IMG/VR virus record: IMGVR_UViG_3300045988_021117
Location: 1-6,255 of that record
Source of the DNA: a virus
Length of the DNA: 6,255 nt
Direction: 5' to 3' (one strand)
Shown here: one piece after another, positions 5,253 to 6,255 of the stretch
Layout of the letters: every line of letters begins with the position of its first letter
How positions within the stretch are numbered: the stretch's first letter is position 1
Made by a program: the position numbers and the translations under genes
Notes under the pieces: generated by a model
What the model was told of the DNA's origin: nothing
The model's input: only the letters and a program-made list of their open reading frames with translations
Database searches by the model: none

Positions 5253-6255
5253 TTAATAAGGTACACCATCACGAGACAAATTACGGGCAACATAGCAACC
5301 AATATAGGAATTAATCAATAATTGGTCAGTATCCCAGGTAGAATCCGCGTGAACACCAAAAATCGGGTCAAGAACAGAGGGATTAACCTTGAAGAACTTG
5401 TAATTCAAAACAACCTTGGTATTCTTATCGGCATCACCTTCTTGATAACCAAAGCCAAACCATCCGGAAAGGAGAGATTCAGTAACAGGAGAAACCCAAG
5501 ATTTAAGAGTAGTAGTAAACGCACCATTAACAACATCAAGTTTTGTCTTCCAGTTAAAATAACGAGGATTATATCCAGCATTAAACAAATTAACAATAGA
5601 AGCTTTCGGAGAGTTGAAAATTTGTGTCATAGGAAGAACTTCCATACCAATATTATCAAACTCCGGAATTGGGAGAGATTCAGCGTCAGTTACCAGTAAC
5701 TGTCCATCTTGACCAGTAATTGTATAGTCAAGTAAAGGAACGGCATGATAAATACACATAACGACACAATGCTCGTCAGTGGTATAAGTAAATGAGCCAT
5801 TACCAGCACCAACACCTTTACCAGCAATCACAGCGGTATCACCATCACCAGCAAGATTATTGTTAACAACTTCGCTAATATCAAGATTACGAGAGATACC
5901 ACCAATATAAGTGCACATATTGGAAAGAGCTTGAGGCAAGTTGACGCCAAAATGCTTACGAATCTGCTCACGATAATCAGAATCACCGGACTGACTGATT
6001 TCTTTCCAACGCTGAAGAGCCTCGGCCTGGCGAAGAGCAAGAACCGTAAACTCAGAAGCAATATCCTTGACATTAACAGAAAGGGTAGAACCAGCTTTTA
6101 TCGTTTCACCAGAAGCCAAATGAACACCAATAGGAGAAGTAGCAATACCAGTAGACATGACAGTAGCCGTAGCAACAGGATGCAGAACACCTTTAGTATC
6201 AGCAACATTAACACTGGCACCTTCAGTAGGAAGGTCAATTACAGCGACATCACCA
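5253..6255 (-). CDS. VP1: Major capsid protein VP1, C-terminal part (unique sequence 5253..6200; 6201..6255 duplicates 1..55)
   Basis: Track ORF 5253..6158 begins at an internal Met. The same frame stays open to the window end; hand translation of 6200..6159 gives DTKGVLHPVATATV, then MSTGIATS... Both 903 and 6200-6158=42 are multiples of 3, so 903..1 joins 6200..5253 in frame. The total is 1851 nt, or 616 aa plus stop. Confidence 0.92.
   Translation of the reverse strand, partial: GDVAVIDLPTEGASVNVADTKGVLHPVATATVMSTGIATSPIGVHLASGETIKAGSTLSVNVKDIASEFTVLALRQAEALQRWKEISQSGDSDYREQIRKHFGVNLPQALSNMCTYIGGISRNLDISEVVNNNLAGDGDTAVIAGKGVGAGNGSFTYTTDEHCVVMCIYHAVPLLDYTITGQDGQLLVTDAESLPIPEFDNIGMEVLPMTQIFNSPKASIVNLFNAGYNPRYFNWKTKLDVVNGAFTTTLKSWVSPVTESLLSGWFGFGYQEGDADKNTKVVLNYKFFKVNPSVLDPIFGVHADSTWDTDQLLINSYIGCYVARNLSRDGVPY
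6201..6255. repeat. Terminal direct repeat, copy 2 (identical to 1..55)
   Basis: Exact 55-nt identity with 1..55, seen directly in the sequence. Confidence 0.95.

Noticed and set aside
241-5699. Plus-strand track ORFs: 241..444, 919..1215, 2455..2640, 3769..4065, 4534..4743, 4704..5321 and 5322..5699.
   Set aside because: All are antisense to well-supported genes. Their products are low-complexity and rich in Ser, Ile, Asn and Arg, with no motifs. Microviridae are transcribed from one strand. Long antisense frames are expected opposite strongly biased coding sequence.
630-6073. Other minus-strand track ORFs: 630..848, 1206..1466, 3741..4061, 4643..4831, 4832..5035, 5405..5596 and 5828..6073.
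   Set aside because: By coordinate arithmetic, every one sits in the +1 frame of VP1, VP4, VP2 or the 160-aa gene. All are Leu/Phe-rich and low in complexity, so they are compositional shadows of the real frames.
5253-6158. The track ORF read as a stand-alone 301-aa protein starting at Met 6158.
   Set aside because: The frame remains open upstream to the window edge and joins 903..1 in frame across the circular junction. The Met is internal to a 616-aa VP1.
6201-6255. The terminal repeat as a biological LTR, an ITR, or a duplicated capsid segment.
   Set aside because: The repeat is direct and exact, lies at the very ends of the window, and sits inside a single continuous capsid reading frame. 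It is best explained as the overlap of a circular contig.

Overview
The window is one complete circular Microviridae genome of about 6200 nt, written as the reverse complement of the coding strand. Positions 1..55 are identical to 6201..6255, which is an assembly overlap of a circle. All convincing genes are on the minus strand. In transcription order they are: a 59-aa ORF (3194..3015), a membrane-helix segment in a shifted frame (3019..2927), an M15/LAS-type cell-wall peptidase (2930..2622), the HUH replication initiator VP4 (2625..928), the major capsid protein VP1 (903..1 joined in frame to 6200..5253, about 616 aa), a 160-aa acidic VP3-like protein (5240..4758) and the DNA pilot protein VP2 (4758..3670). 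Large VP1 and VP4, A/T-rich leaders with no Shine-Dalgarno sequence, and a Bacteroides-type promoter candidate suggest an Alpavirinae-like phage of a Bacteroidota host; this is tentative. The most unusual part is the single non-coding gap (3195..3669). It has a spacer of about 17% GC, then an abrupt island of about 50% GC (3311..3640) with nested perfect helices, and a 126-codon antisense ORF spans the island exactly. The island lies between a candidate terminator and a candidate promoter, so it appears to sit outside the main transcript. Also notable are a peptidase-based lysis module in a microvirus and a frame-broken membrane anchor coupled to that peptidase. No searches or folding programs were run; all translations, helices and counts were done by hand.
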